From Candidatus Krumholzibacteriia bacterium (lineage in GTDB: Bacteria; Krumholzibacteriota; Krumholzibacteriia; JAJRXK01): a DNA stretch of 64,000 bases. A program made the position numbers and the translations under genes. Positions 1 through 8,690 of the stretch are shown here, one piece after another. Numbering within the stretch: position 1 is the stretch's first letter; each line of letters begins with the position of its first letter. The notes beneath the pieces are model-generated. The model was not told where the DNA came from, did no database searches, and saw only the letters and a list, made by a program, of their open reading frames with translations. Location: the NCBI GenBank assembly GCA_035268685.1, contig DATFKK010000170.1, positions 11,708 through 75,707 of the forward strand, written 5' to 3'.

Positions 1-1538
1 GTTCCCGTGCGCAGCCCGAGCGCCACTTCGTTCGACACGCTCAACTGCGAACCGGCGTGGAAGTTCACCGTGGTGGTGTCGGCATGGCCGGCGATCAACG
101 GGGCGCCGCCCACGCTCCAGGTCTGCTCGAAGACGTCGAGCACGAATTCGCGGTCGTGGCCCAGGTCGGCGCCCTGGGCCAGGTCGAGGGTCCCGCCGGT
201 GAAGTCGTACAGGCTGAGCTCGCCGTTGCCGGGGCGCGTGACCAACGAGGCGAGGCAGGGATCGGCCCCCGACAGGGACCACGATGCGTCGCCGAACTCG
301 AATCCCACACCCGGGCCGCCGTCGAGGACCAACGACGCGTTCGCCGGGCCCGTCGACACGTCGACGACTCCGTCACCGCCCGACGTGTCGAAGCGCAGGA
401 CGTCCTCGGAGCCGGGAACGAAGTCGGCCGACCAGTTCGCGGTGTCGTCGTAGGACCCGGCCCCGCCCGTCCACGTGATCATCCCCTGCGGGTTCTCGGG
501 ATCGCGGCACGGCGGGCCGAGTTTCACACGGAAGATCTCGGGGGCGCCGGCGTTGGTACCCCAGCCGACGACCCACCCGGTTTCCGAGACGTCGAAGGCC
601 TTCTTCAGGTCGACCGGCCGGCCGAGCTGTGCGCTCACGAGGGCCGACAGGTCGTGGGCCCGGCCGGCCTCCCACACGATCGCTCCGAGGCCGCCGTCCC
701 AGCCCCAGCCCGCGATCTGATCGAAGTCGTTGATCGCGTGGGCGTCGGCCGACGAGTAGCCGGCGGGCAGGGGCAACTCCGAGTACGTCGCGCCGTCGTA
801 GAGGAAGGCCTGGTCGAAACCGTTCGAGGTCTCGGCGTCGCCGACCACGATGCCCGCGGAGTTCAGGTCGAGCGGATTGATCAGATCCCACGGCGCCTCG
901 GGGAGCGGCACGACGGTGTCGTCGGGCTCGATCAGGTAGACCTCGTTGCGGCTGCCGGCGAAGCGGCGGACGAGCATCGTGCCGGCCACGTTCCGGGCCA
1001 TGACCTCGCCGAACTCCACCGTTTTCGTCAGCACGTCGAACACGCCACCGGCCTCCCAGCGGAAGGGCCAGCAAGACCCGTCGTCGAGGCAGATGCGCCC
1101 GACCATCACGCCGTCGTCGCTGGTGGCGGTCGCCCGGACGAAGGACGTGCTCGCGGGCTGTACCGACTCGGTGGTGGCGAAGCCGCTCGAGGGTGACCAC
1201 ACGTAGCCGTGGGTGGGCTCGAAGTCGTTGTCGACCTTCCAGCCGGTGACCTCGCCCAAGGCGTTGATGCTCTCGACGCTGCTCTGCCACGACAGCAGCC
1301 CGGCCCACTCGCCCCCGACGCGGACGTGGCCCTGGGTGCGATTGAGCTCGGTCGCAGCCGTGAGGGCGACCACGCCGTCGTCGTTCACCACGACCTTCGA
1401 CACGCTGCGCACGGCGTCGGGCCAGCCGAGCCACTCCATGGACTCCACGGTGGGGGTCGCGGCCACCGGTACGGCAACGACGAGCGGGAAGACGGACAGG
1501 ATCGCGACGAGCACACGGATCGATCGGTCGCGGAGCAT
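1..1538 (-). CDS. Secreted HAF-repeat / beta-strand-repeat surface protein (C-terminus cut by the window edge)
   Basis: Runs off the left edge, so it is absent from the ORF track. My translation of the minus strand from the ATG (plus-strand CAT 1536-1538) gives MLRDRSIRVLVAILSVFPLVVAVPVAA (signal peptide). HAF-type repeats follow (SADAHAINDFDQIAGWGWDGGLGAIVWEAG), then G/T/S-rich beta-strand repeats. GAGG lies about 8 nt upstream of the ATG. The + ORF 57..1196 is its antisense shadow. Confidence 0.6.
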   Translation of the reverse strand, partial: MLRDRSIRVLVAILSVFPLVVAVPVAATPTVESMEWLGWPDAVRSVSKVVVNDDGVVALTAATELNRTQGHVRVGGEWAGLLSWQSSVESINALGEVTGWKVDNDFEPTHGYVWSPSSGFATTESVQPASTSFVRATATSDDGVMVGRICLDDGSCWPFRWEAGGVFDVLTKTVEFGEVMARNVAGTMLVRRFAGSRNEVYLIEPDDTVVPLPEAPWDLINPLDLNSAGIVVGDAETSNGFDQAFLYDGATYSELPLPAGYSSADAHAINDFDQIAGWGWDGGLGAIVWEAGRAHDLSALVSAQLGRPVDLKKAFDVSETGWVVGWGTNAGAPEIFRVKLGPPCRDPENPQGMITWTGGAGSYDDTANWSADFVPGSEDVLRFDTSGGDGVVDVSTGPANASLVLDGGPGVGFEFGDASWSLSGADPCLASLVTRPGNGELSLYDFTGGTLDLAQGADLGHDREFVLDVFEQTWSVGGAPLIAGHADTTTVNFHAGSQLSVSNEVALGLRTG

Positions 1539-1576
1539 GACGGCACCTCGCGGAAGCGGTCGGGGGTGCCGATGTC

Positions 1577-1610
1577 GTTTGACGGGATGCGGAGATCTCC
1601 CGCGGCGATC
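1577..1610 (-). promoter_or_regulatory. Conserved 34-nt motif, copy B, upstream of the HAF-repeat gene; candidate ECF-sigma-dependent promoter/operator
   Basis: Plus strand reads GTTTGACGGGATGCGGAGATCTCCCGCGGCGATC. It matches 5143..5176 at 28/34 positions with identical spacing. It contains the near-palindrome GGAGATCTCC and, on the coding strand, CCCGTCAAAC. It ends 38 nt upstream of the ATG at 1538. Confidence 0.55.
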
Positions 1611-1618
1611 GCGCGGGG

Positions 1619-4000
1619 TCAGCCGGCCGGTCGCCGCACGACGAGCCCGCGGAGGGCGAGCAGGACCAGTCCGAGTGCGATCCAAGGAGCGGACGGTGCG
1701 CCGTTGCCCGCCGGGCCGGTGCCGGCCAGTGCGGCGACGGGCTCGTGTCCCGGTCCGGTGAGCACGAAGGCCGCCCACTCGCGTGGGGGCAGTCCCTCGG
1801 CGCGGGCGCGCCGCCGCGCGCGGGCGAGAGCCTCGTCGCGGGGAAGTCCGGCCCGTAGCCCCTCGTACAGGTGCTCCACGAAGCGGCGGGCACCGACGTC
1901 GTCGACGTCCCACAGCGTGCTGATCACGCTGCGGGATCCCGCGCCGAGGAAGGCCCGGGGAAGTCCGAACCATCCTTCTCCGAGCACGCGGTGATCGCCG
2001 AAGGTGCTGCAGCCGCTCAGTACCACGAGGTCGTTCGACAGCTGCAGCCCGTCGACCTCGAGCGCCTCGACGACGGCCGGCCCCTCGTCGTCGGCGAGGA
2101 CCAGGGCCGATCGCCGGCCGTCGACCGGATCGACGACGGCGTGCGTGGCCAGGTGCAGCACCGCGGCGTCGCGCGTGACGTCGTCGCGGAGCATGGCGGC
2201 GGTGGCCGCTCCGCCCACGGCGACCACCGACGACGGATCACCGATCGTGCGGACCTCCTTCCGTGCTTCGGGCAGCGGAACGCCCGCCCGCGCGCGTCCC
2301 GGCGACTCGGGAAGCGGTCCCGGAGCGACGCCGCGCGGGAAGTCCGGGTCCGCCAGCGCGACCAGCGGTCCGTCGGCTGGTGCTCGCGCGGCGAGCGCGA
2401 GGAGCGACGCGGCGTTCGGCAGGTAGCCGAGCGCGACGCGATCGGTCCATTCCATCCCCTCCCGATCGCGCAGCAGGCCGAAGGGGAAGCCGGCCAGCGA
2501 CGACGGCGGGACCAGGAGCACACGGCGCGTGTCCGTGGGGATCGCCTCGAGCAGTGGCCACAGGATCTGCCGCTCCAGGCGCTCGAGGATCGGTGCGCAC
2601 GTTTCGATCGATTCGCCGGCGGCGAGCAGACGCAGGGCGGCGCGGGCGTCGGCCGCCGGCTCGTGCACCGGACCGACTTCGACGGCGACCAGCGTGTCGG
2701 CCGTCAGCACGAAGGCCACGAGCGGATCCGAGCGGGAGTCGTTGAACAGGACCAGGGCCCCGTCGTGCTCGGCGAGGATCGTCTGCAGACGATCGCGATC
2801 CGGAACGTCCTGGTCGACGCGTTCACGGAACAGCGGGGCGCGTCCGCGTTCGACCACGTCGAAGGCCGCCTCGACGTCGCCGCGCTCGAGCAGGCAGCGC
2901 GCGAGGGCGGCGTAGACCTCTCCGCTCGCCGCGAAGATCCCGGCGCGGCTGCGCTCGTCGACGAGCTCGCTCCGGCGCGCCTCGAAGAGGTCGAGCGCGG
3001 TACGCAGGGCTGCTTCGGCCTCGTCGACACGGCCGAGGGCGAAGAGGGCGTGTCCCTCGAGTCGACGCAGGACGGTGAGCAGGGGATCGTTGCCGGCGGT
3101 CCGGACTTCGTCGATCAAGGGCGGCACCGCATCCAGCGCCTCATCGGCCCGCCCCGATTCGAGCAGGGCGACGATCCGCATCTGCTCGGCGTAGCTCGCC
3201 GTGTAGCGATCTCCGTTCGCTCGGGCGAGGTCGCGGGCGCGCTCGAGCCACGGTGCAGCCCGGTCGAAGCGGCGCAGGTCGAGCAGCACGTCGCCCATGC
3301 GCATGCAGGCGATGCCTCGATGCTCTTCGAGCTCGTGGTCGTCGACCATGGCGAGGGCACGCTCCGCCCACACCAGCGCCTCGGTCGGGCGTCCGAACTG
3401 GTTCAGCAGCTGGGCCCGTCGGAGGGCGTTCGCCAGGCGGCCGGTGTGGTTGTCGGTGAAGGCCAGCCAGTGCTCTTCGCGCGCGGTGGCCTCGAGCGCC
3501 TCGGCGTTGCGGCCGATGTTTGCATAGGCGTTCGCCAGGTTGCCCCAGGTGCGCGACAGACCCACGGTGTCGGCCAGGCTGGTGCGCAGCTCGAGGGAGC
3601 GTTCGTAGACGGGCAGCGCCGCCTCGACGTCACCGCTCACGGTGTGACCGATCGCCAGCGCGTTGAGCAGCGACGATTCCGTGCGGGGCGATCCCTCGGT
3701 GCGGGCCAGGTCGACACCCCGCTGCCATCGTTCGAGCGCGAGGTCGAGCGCGTTGCGCCGATAGGCACCGATGCCCGCGACTTCGAGGCAGCGCGCGGCG
3801 AGTCCGATCTCGTCCTGGGCCCGAAGCGAATCGGCGTAGGCGAGCAGCCGTTCCTCGTGGTCTTCCATCCGCTCCGGTGTGGTGGGCCGATCCGCGAGTG
3901 CGCTGCGCGCACGGTCGACCAGCGTGGCCCTCGCGGGCAACGGCGTCGCCACCGTCGCGAGGCAAAGGAACACGGTGGCGAGCAGCCATCGACGGGTCAT
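1619..4000 (-). CDS. Exported TPR-repeat CHAT-domain (caspase-like) protease with C-terminal membrane anchor
   Basis: ORF 1619..4231 trimmed to the ATG at 4000; MTRRWLLATVFLCLATVATPLPARA is a signal peptide. The N-terminal two-thirds is TPR-like helical repeats. The C-terminal CHAT domain has intact His (VLHLATHAV) and Cys (VVLSGCSTF) dyad motifs. It ends in a hydrophobic helix plus basic tail (WIALGLVLLALRGLVVRRPAG). Its ATG overlaps the upstream stop (ATGA). Confidence 0.8.
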   Translation of the reverse strand: MTRRWLLATVFLCLATVATPLPARATLVDRARSALADRPTTPERMEDHEERLLAYADSLRAQDEIGLAARCLEVAGIGAYRRNALDLALERWQRGVDLARTEGSPRTESSLLNALAIGHTVSGDVEAALPVYERSLELRTSLADTVGLSRTWGNLANAYANIGRNAEALEATAREEHWLAFTDNHTGRLANALRRAQLLNQFGRPTEALVWAERALAMVDDHELEEHRGIACMRMGDVLLDLRRFDRAAPWLERARDLARANGDRYTASYAEQMRIVALLESGRADEALDAVPPLIDEVRTAGNDPLLTVLRRLEGHALFALGRVDEAEAALRTALDLFEARRSELVDERSRAGIFAASGEVYAALARCLLERGDVEAAFDVVERGRAPLFRERVDQDVPDRDRLQTILAEHDGALVLFNDSRSDPLVAFVLTADTLVAVEVGPVHEPAADARAALRLLAAGESIETCAPILERLERQILWPLLEAIPTDTRRVLLVPPSSLAGFPFGLLRDREGMEWTDRVALGYLPNAASLLALAARAPADGPLVALADPDFPRGVAPGPLPESPGRARAGVPLPEARKEVRTIGDPSSVVAVGGAATAAMLRDDVTRDAAVLHLATHAVVDPVDGRRSALVLADDEGPAVVEALEVDGLQLSNDLVVLSGCSTFGDHRVLGEGWFGLPRAFLGAGSRSVISTLWDVDDVGARRFVEHLYEGLRAGLPRDEALARARRRARAEGLPPREWAAFVLTGPGHEPVAALAGTGPAGNGAPSAPWIALGLVLLALRGLVVRRPAG

Positions 4001-4611
4001 CGCGGCGGGACCACCTCGAAGCTCGTGCTCGCGCTGGTCCCGCCCTCGGCGCCGTCGGGCGCGATCTCGACCACGATCCACCGCCAACGACCCGTGCTGT
4101 CCGCGGGGGTCGATTCCGGGGCGCGCACGAGGAGGGTATCGGCGACGACCTCCGTCGCGCGCCGTCGTGCCTGCGCGTCGTAGAGTTCCCACCGATAGGT
4201 GGTTCCCGGTTCGTCGGTCGTGGTCGACCATGTGAAGCGGCGGGGGAAGTGGTCGAACTCGCCCTCGGGCGCGAGCGGCGTGATGGAGCTGCCCGTGCCC
4301 CGCAGACGCGGCGTTCCGTCGTCACCGGGCTCGGTCAACGGGCCGAACACGACGAAGACGACCACCGCGGCCACCGCGGCGACCGCGGCAGCCAGGCGAC
4401 GCGGTGCCCACCGTGTCCGCCGACGCGTCGGCGTCGCGTTCGCGGTCTCCCGCAGAGTCTCGCGCATCGAGATCGCCGCGTACAGTTCCTCGCTCCGCTC
4501 CGGCGATTCGAGCGCGCGCCGCTCCCACGCCCCGCGCTCCGAGCCGGACATGTCGCCGGCAGCCCAGCGTTCGATCGCTTCGTCGTCGTGTCGATCGGGA
4601 TATTCGTTCAC
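3997..4611 (-). CDS. Single-pass transmembrane anti-sigma factor
   Basis: Lies within ORF 3997..5172. Start taken at GTG 4611, which overlaps the sigma stop (GTGA). IERWAAGDMSGSERGAWERRALESPERSEELYAA resembles an anti-sigma N-terminal helix. There is one TM segment (LAAAVAAVAAVVVFVVFGPL) and an extracytoplasmic domain of about 105 aa. No HxxxCxxC zinc motif. Confidence 0.65.
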   Translation of the reverse strand: MNEYPDRHDDEAIERWAAGDMSGSERGAWERRALESPERSEELYAAISMRETLRETANATPTRRRTRWAPRRLAAAVAAVAAVVVFVVFGPLTEPGDDGTPRLRGTGSSITPLAPEGEFDHFPRRFTWSTTTDEPGTTYRWELYDAQARRRATEVVADTLLVRAPESTPADSTGRWRWIVVEIAPDGAEGGTSASTSFEVVPPR

Positions 4612-5135
4612 GGCTGCACCCCCTCGCGCCGCAGGATCTCCTCGAGCTTCTTGCGGCAGCGGTACACGCGCCGGTAGAACACGGCCGGTTCGAGTCCGGC
4701 CCCGGCGGCCAGGTCGGCCGGCCGCTGGCCCTGGGCCATGGCCCACAACCAGCGGGCGCATTCCTCCGACACGGCGCGCAGAGTGGCCAGGGCGGCGTGG
4801 ACCGCGCGGTGGCGGCGTTCGTGGTCGAGCGCGTCGATCGGATCGGGTGCCGTATCGGCGAGGTCGATCGTGTCCACGTCGTCGTGCGAACGTCGCTTCT
4901 GGTACCAGTTGCCGGTCACGTTGCGCAGCACCACGAAACACCAGGCGAGCGGTGGATTCGCGGTTCCTTCGCGCATGGCGATGCCGGGGCCCTTCTCGAG
5001 GACGATGCCCAGGGTCTCCTGGACGACGTCCTCGACCGCGTCGTCCGGGACCCGACGTCCGGCGATCTCGAGCATGCGCGCGCGCAGGGTCGCGAGCCAG
5101 GCGGGGTCGATCGCGGGATCGTCGGCGTCGTGCAT
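4608..5135 (-). CDS. ECF-type sigma-70 family RNA polymerase sigma factor
   Basis: Last 175 codons of ORF 4608..8507, starting MHDADD at 5135. Region 2 is recognisable (AVEDVVQETLGIVLEK .. WCFVVLRNVTGNWYQKRR). So is the region 4 HTH (ECARWLWAMAQGQRPADLAAGAGLEPAVFYRRVYRCRKKL). The rest of the long ORF is the antisense shadow of recC. Confidence 0.85.
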   Translation of the reverse strand: MHDADDPAIDPAWLATLRARMLEIAGRRVPDDAVEDVVQETLGIVLEKGPGIAMREGTANPPLAWCFVVLRNVTGNWYQKRRSHDDVDTIDLADTAPDPIDALDHERRHRAVHAALATLRAVSEECARWLWAMAQGQRPADLAAGAGLEPAVFYRRVYRCRKKLEEILRREGVQP

Positions 5136-5142
5136 CGATCCG

Positions 5143-5176
5143 GTTTGACGGGTGGGGGAGATCTCCCGGCACGATC
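5143..5176 (-). promoter_or_regulatory. Conserved 34-nt motif, copy A, immediately upstream of the ECF sigma gene; candidate autoregulated promoter/operator
   Basis: Plus strand reads GTTTGACGGGTGGGGGAGATCTCCCGGCACGATC, with the perfect palindrome GGGAGATCTCCC. It matches 1577..1610 at 28/34 positions. It ends only 7 nt upstream of the sigma ATG, implying a leaderless or near-leaderless mRNA. Confidence 0.55.
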
Positions 5177-5291
5177 CAGGGTGCGCGGGAGGCGGGCTCC
5201 GGTCAACGCCGCGCCTAGCCCGGTCTCGACCGCCGCGCTGCCGCGCGCTACACTGCGCCGCCCCGAGGCTCCCGTCTCGTACCACCTGCCG

Positions 5292-8200
5292 ATGCCGATG
5301 ACCGCACCTCCCCTCGAATCCGGCCTGCGTCTGCCCACGAGCGATCGTCTGGAGGACCTGGCCGACGACCTCGTCGCCCGCCTGCACGCCCGGCCGTTGC
5401 CTCCGCTCGAGACCGAGACGGTGGTGGTGGGCAGCCGCGGCATGTCCCGCTGGTTGAACCTGCTCCTGGCCCGTGATCTGGGAATCGCCGCTTCGGTGGC
5501 GTATCCGTTTCCGTTCAACTGGGCGCGACGGACCACCGACATCGTCCTCGACCGCACCCGCAACGACACCGCCGATCCCTTCGGGCCGCAGGCCCTGCCC
5601 TGGCGGGTGCACGCCTGGCTGGGAAGGGTCGAAGAACTCGATCTCGAGCCCGACGCCCGCGCGCCGCTCGAGCGCTACCTGGCCGACGACCCCGACCGGC
5701 GCAAGCGCGGGCAACTGGCCCGGCGCGTGGCCCGCCTGTTCGTGCAGTACCAGACCCTGCGCGTGCCCGAGCTGCTGCGCTGGGAGCGCGGGGAGTGGTT
5801 CGGCGACGATCCCGACGAGAGTGGCGGCGAGATCTGGCAGCGCGCGCTGTGGAACACCCTGGTGGACGAGGCCGATCGTCCGTCGCTCGCGCGCGACCTG
5901 GACGATGGGATCGGGCGTCTGCAACGCGGGGAGGGTATCGAAGGACTTCCCCGGCGGGTCACGCTGTTCGGTCTGAGTTCGGTCCCTCCGGTGCTGCTCT
6001 CTCTCGCCGAGGCGGTGTCCCGGCACCGCGAGGTGACGATCGCCACGCTCACGCCCACACGCGAGTACATCGGCGACGCGCGTCCGGCGCGGTGGCAACC
6101 GGTCGAGCAGGGAGACCTGTTCGACGCGGCGAAGGTCCACCCGTTGCTCGCCGAGTGGGGGCGGGTGGGCCGTGACCTGCAGGATCAGCTGACCGAACTC
6201 GAGGGCATCCATCCGGAGGTCCAGCGGGAGACGGCACCCGAGAGGACCGTGCTCGGCCAGCTGCAGCAGGATCTGCTCGACGCCCGCATGCCGGCCCGCG
6301 CGGACGAACGCGCGGCTCCCGAACGCGTGCGCGTGCGGCCCGACGACCGTTCGCTGCGCATCCACGTGTGCCATTCCGAGCGCCGCGAGATCGAAGTGCT
6401 GCGCGACGAGATCCTGCGCGCCTTCGAAGAAGGGGTGGTGCGCGAGCCCTCGGACGTGCTGGTCCTCGTGCCCGACATCGATCGCTACGCGCCCTTCGTG
6501 CGGGCCGTCTTCGAGAGCCCGCGCGCGACCCCGGCGGGCCCGGTGCACCTTCCGGTGCAGGTGGCGGACGGGCGCGACACCGACCACTCCGACTTCGCCC
6601 GCTTCGCGCTCGACCTGCTCGACCACGCCGGTGGACGCCACACGGCGAGTGGCGTGCTCGAACTGCTCGAGTCCGGACCCGTGGCGCGTCGCTTCGGTCT
6701 GGACGACGTGCCGACGAGCGACGTGCACGACCTGGTCCGCGGAGCCGGTATCCGCTTCGGTCGCGATCCGGTGACGCGCGCGGCCGAACACGATCTCCCG
6801 GATCTCGACGGCGGCACGTGGCGCGAGGGACTCGACCGCCTGGTGCTGGGCTTCGCCCTGGGCCGCTCGGACGTGACGATCGACGGTGTGGTTCCCCGTG
6901 CCGACGCCACGACCGGCCGCGCGGAGACCGTGGGGCGTCTGGCCACCGCCGTCGACGCACTGTTCGCACAGCTCGACCGGCTGGTCCGGCCGCGCTCGTT
7001 GCGGCGGTGGTGCGAGGACCTGCGGTCGGCACTGTTCGCGCTCACCGCCGCCGACGGTCGGACCGACGCCGCACTGCGCGTCGACCTGGTGCGGACGATC
7101 GAGGCCCTGGCCGAGGTCGCCCGCGACGACGACACCGACGTCGCGCGCAGTACCTTCGCCGCCGCACTGCGTGCGCAGCTCGCCGACGACGCGGCCGGGC
7201 AGGGTTTCGTGAGTGGCAGCATCACCGTGGCCGAGTTGCGGCCCATGCGGAGTCTGCCCTACGCGATGATCGCCGTCGCCGGACTCGACAGCGATTCCTT
7301 CCCGCGCCGGGATCCGGCCGAAGGGCTCGATCTCACCCGAGGTCGGCCGCGTCGCGGGGACCGCTCGCCCCGCGCCGACGACCGGCAGATGCTCTTGGAG
7401 GTGCTGACCTCGGCCCGCCGGCGCCTGGCGCTGACGGCCATCGGGATGTCGCAACGCGACGGTACGGAGATCGCGCGCAGCGTGTGTCTGGACGAACTGG
7501 TCGACGTGATCGATGCGAGTTTCGTGGTCGACGCCGATCCCGACACGAAGCCTTCGGCGGTGCTCACCGTGGAGCACCGACTGCAACCTTTCCACGCCGC
7601 GTACGGCCGAGACGACCATCCCGAGCACTTCACCTACGCGCGCGAGACCGTCGACGCCGCGCGCGCGTTGCGTTCGCGGACGGCGGAACGCAGTCCCTTC
7701 GTCGACTCCTGCCGTGTCGACGACGGCCTGGTCCGCGACGCCGAGGGCCGCGCGCTGGTGACCGTCGACGACCTCGTCACCTTCTGGCGCAACCCCTGTC
7801 GCTGGTTCGTCGCGCGCGTGCTGGGCATGGCGCTGCACTTCGACGAGGGCGACCTCGACGACGAGCCCTTCGGCGTGGACGCACTCGGCAAGTATCGGAT
7901 CCGACGCTGGATGGTCGATCACGTGGACGACCTGCCGCCCGTCGACGCGATCGTGGAGCGCGCCGAACACGAACTGGGCACGGCGAGCGGTCGCTCGGGA
8001 CGCGCGCATGCGCGCGAGGTGGTCGAGACCACGCTCGGACGTTGGCACGACGTGCTCGCCTCGGATCCGCGGCCGCGGACGCGGGAGGTCGATCGGAGTG
8101 GGCCGACCTGGCGTCTGACCGGGACGCTCGACATCGACCCCGCGCAGGGTCAGGTCGTGTGGACACCGAAGCCGAAGGTCGAGGCCGATGCCCTGATCGA

Positions 8201-8690
8201 GGCCTACGTGCGGCACGTGATCCTGGGGGCCACGCGCGGTGAGGACGGCCCGCCGCCGTGGGCGACCTGTGTCGTCGCGGCCGAGGGCGCGTTCAAGGTC
8301 CTCACCGATGGGGTCGGAGATCCCATCGCTCTGCTCGACGAGATGATCGCAGGCTTCGTCGAGGGTCAGCGCCGACCCCTGCGGTTCTTCCGACGCAGCA
8401 CGGTGGCGTGGTGCTCGAAGACCCGGGGCGTCGACGATCGCTTCGACCCCGACGTCGCGCGGCACGGTTTCGGCGAGTTGGCCTCGGCCTGGGAGGGAGA
8501 CCACCACGCGCGGGGGGACCGCGGCGACGACGAGGTCACCCTCTGCATGCGGGGCGTGCGGACCTCGGAACTGATCGACGACGACTTCCTGCGTTGGGCG
8601 CGGCTCTTCGATCCGGTCGTCGTCGCGACCAGCGGCCGCAAGAAGGCGAAGTGGCCGCCGGCGTCCGGCGCGAAGGGGGGGACTTCGTGA
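5292..8690 (+). CDS. recC: Exodeoxyribonuclease V gamma subunit RecC
   Basis: ORF 4404..8690 trimmed to MPMTAPPLESGLRLPTSDRLEDLADDLV. The N-terminus matches the RecC pattern (VVVGSRGMSRWLNLLLARDLGIAASVAYPFP). Length is about 1130 aa. It is followed by recB with a GTGA overlap. Confidence 0.85.
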   Translation: MPMTAPPLESGLRLPTSDRLEDLADDLVARLHARPLPPLETETVVVGSRGMSRWLNLLLARDLGIAASVAYPFPFNWARRTTDIVLDRTRNDTADPFGPQALPWRVHAWLGRVEELDLEPDARAPLERYLADDPDRRKRGQLARRVARLFVQYQTLRVPELLRWERGEWFGDDPDESGGEIWQRALWNTLVDEADRPSLARDLDDGIGRLQRGEGIEGLPRRVTLFGLSSVPPVLLSLAEAVSRHREVTIATLTPTREYIGDARPARWQPVEQGDLFDAAKVHPLLAEWGRVGRDLQDQLTELEGIHPEVQRETAPERTVLGQLQQDLLDARMPARADERAAPERVRVRPDDRSLRIHVCHSERREIEVLRDEILRAFEEGVVREPSDVLVLVPDIDRYAPFVRAVFESPRATPAGPVHLPVQVADGRDTDHSDFARFALDLLDHAGGRHTASGVLELLESGPVARRFGLDDVPTSDVHDLVRGAGIRFGRDPVTRAAEHDLPDLDGGTWREGLDRLVLGFALGRSDVTIDGVVPRADATTGRAETVGRLATAVDALFAQLDRLVRPRSLRRWCEDLRSALFALTAADGRTDAALRVDLVRTIEALAEVARDDDTDVARSTFAAALRAQLADDAAGQGFVSGSITVAELRPMRSLPYAMIAVAGLDSDSFPRRDPAEGLDLTRGRPRRGDRSPRADDRQMLLEVLTSARRRLALTAIGMSQRDGTEIARSVCLDELVDVIDASFVVDADPDTKPSAVLTVEHRLQPFHAAYGRDDHPEHFTYARETVDAARALRSRTAERSPFVDSCRVDDGLVRDAEGRALVTVDDLVTFWRNPCRWFVARVLGMALHFDEGDLDDEPFGVDALGKYRIRRWMVDHVDDLPPVDAIVERAEHELGTASGRSGRAHAREVVETTLGRWHDVLASDPRPRTREVDRSGPTWRLTGTLDIDPAQGQVVWTPKPKVEADALIEAYVRHVILGATRGEDGPPPWATCVVAAEGAFKVLTDGVGDPIALLDEMIAGFVEGQRRPLRFFRRSTVAWCSKTRGVDDRFDPDVARHGFGELASAWEGDHHARGDRGDDEVTLCMRGVRTSELIDDDFLRWARLFDPVVVATSGRKKAKWPPASGAKGGTS

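Noticed and set aside
1619-4000. TPR-CHAT protein as a type III-E CRISPR (Csx29/Craspase) accessory
   Set aside because: There is no cas7-11/gRAMP, csx30/31 or repeat array anywhere in the window. The protein also has a signal peptide and membrane anchor, which a cytoplasmic Craspase partner would not. It is kept only as an analogy.
1871-4183. 770-aa plus-strand ORF
   Set aside because: It is antisense to the TPR-CHAT gene. It has no motifs and a shadow-frame composition.
4608-8507. 1299-aa minus-strand ORF, the longest in this part of the window
   Set aside because: Only its last 175 codons (4608-5135) look like a protein, the ECF sigma. The rest lies antisense to recC and translates to R/G/A/P-rich low-complexity sequence. 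This is a high-GC shadow ORF.
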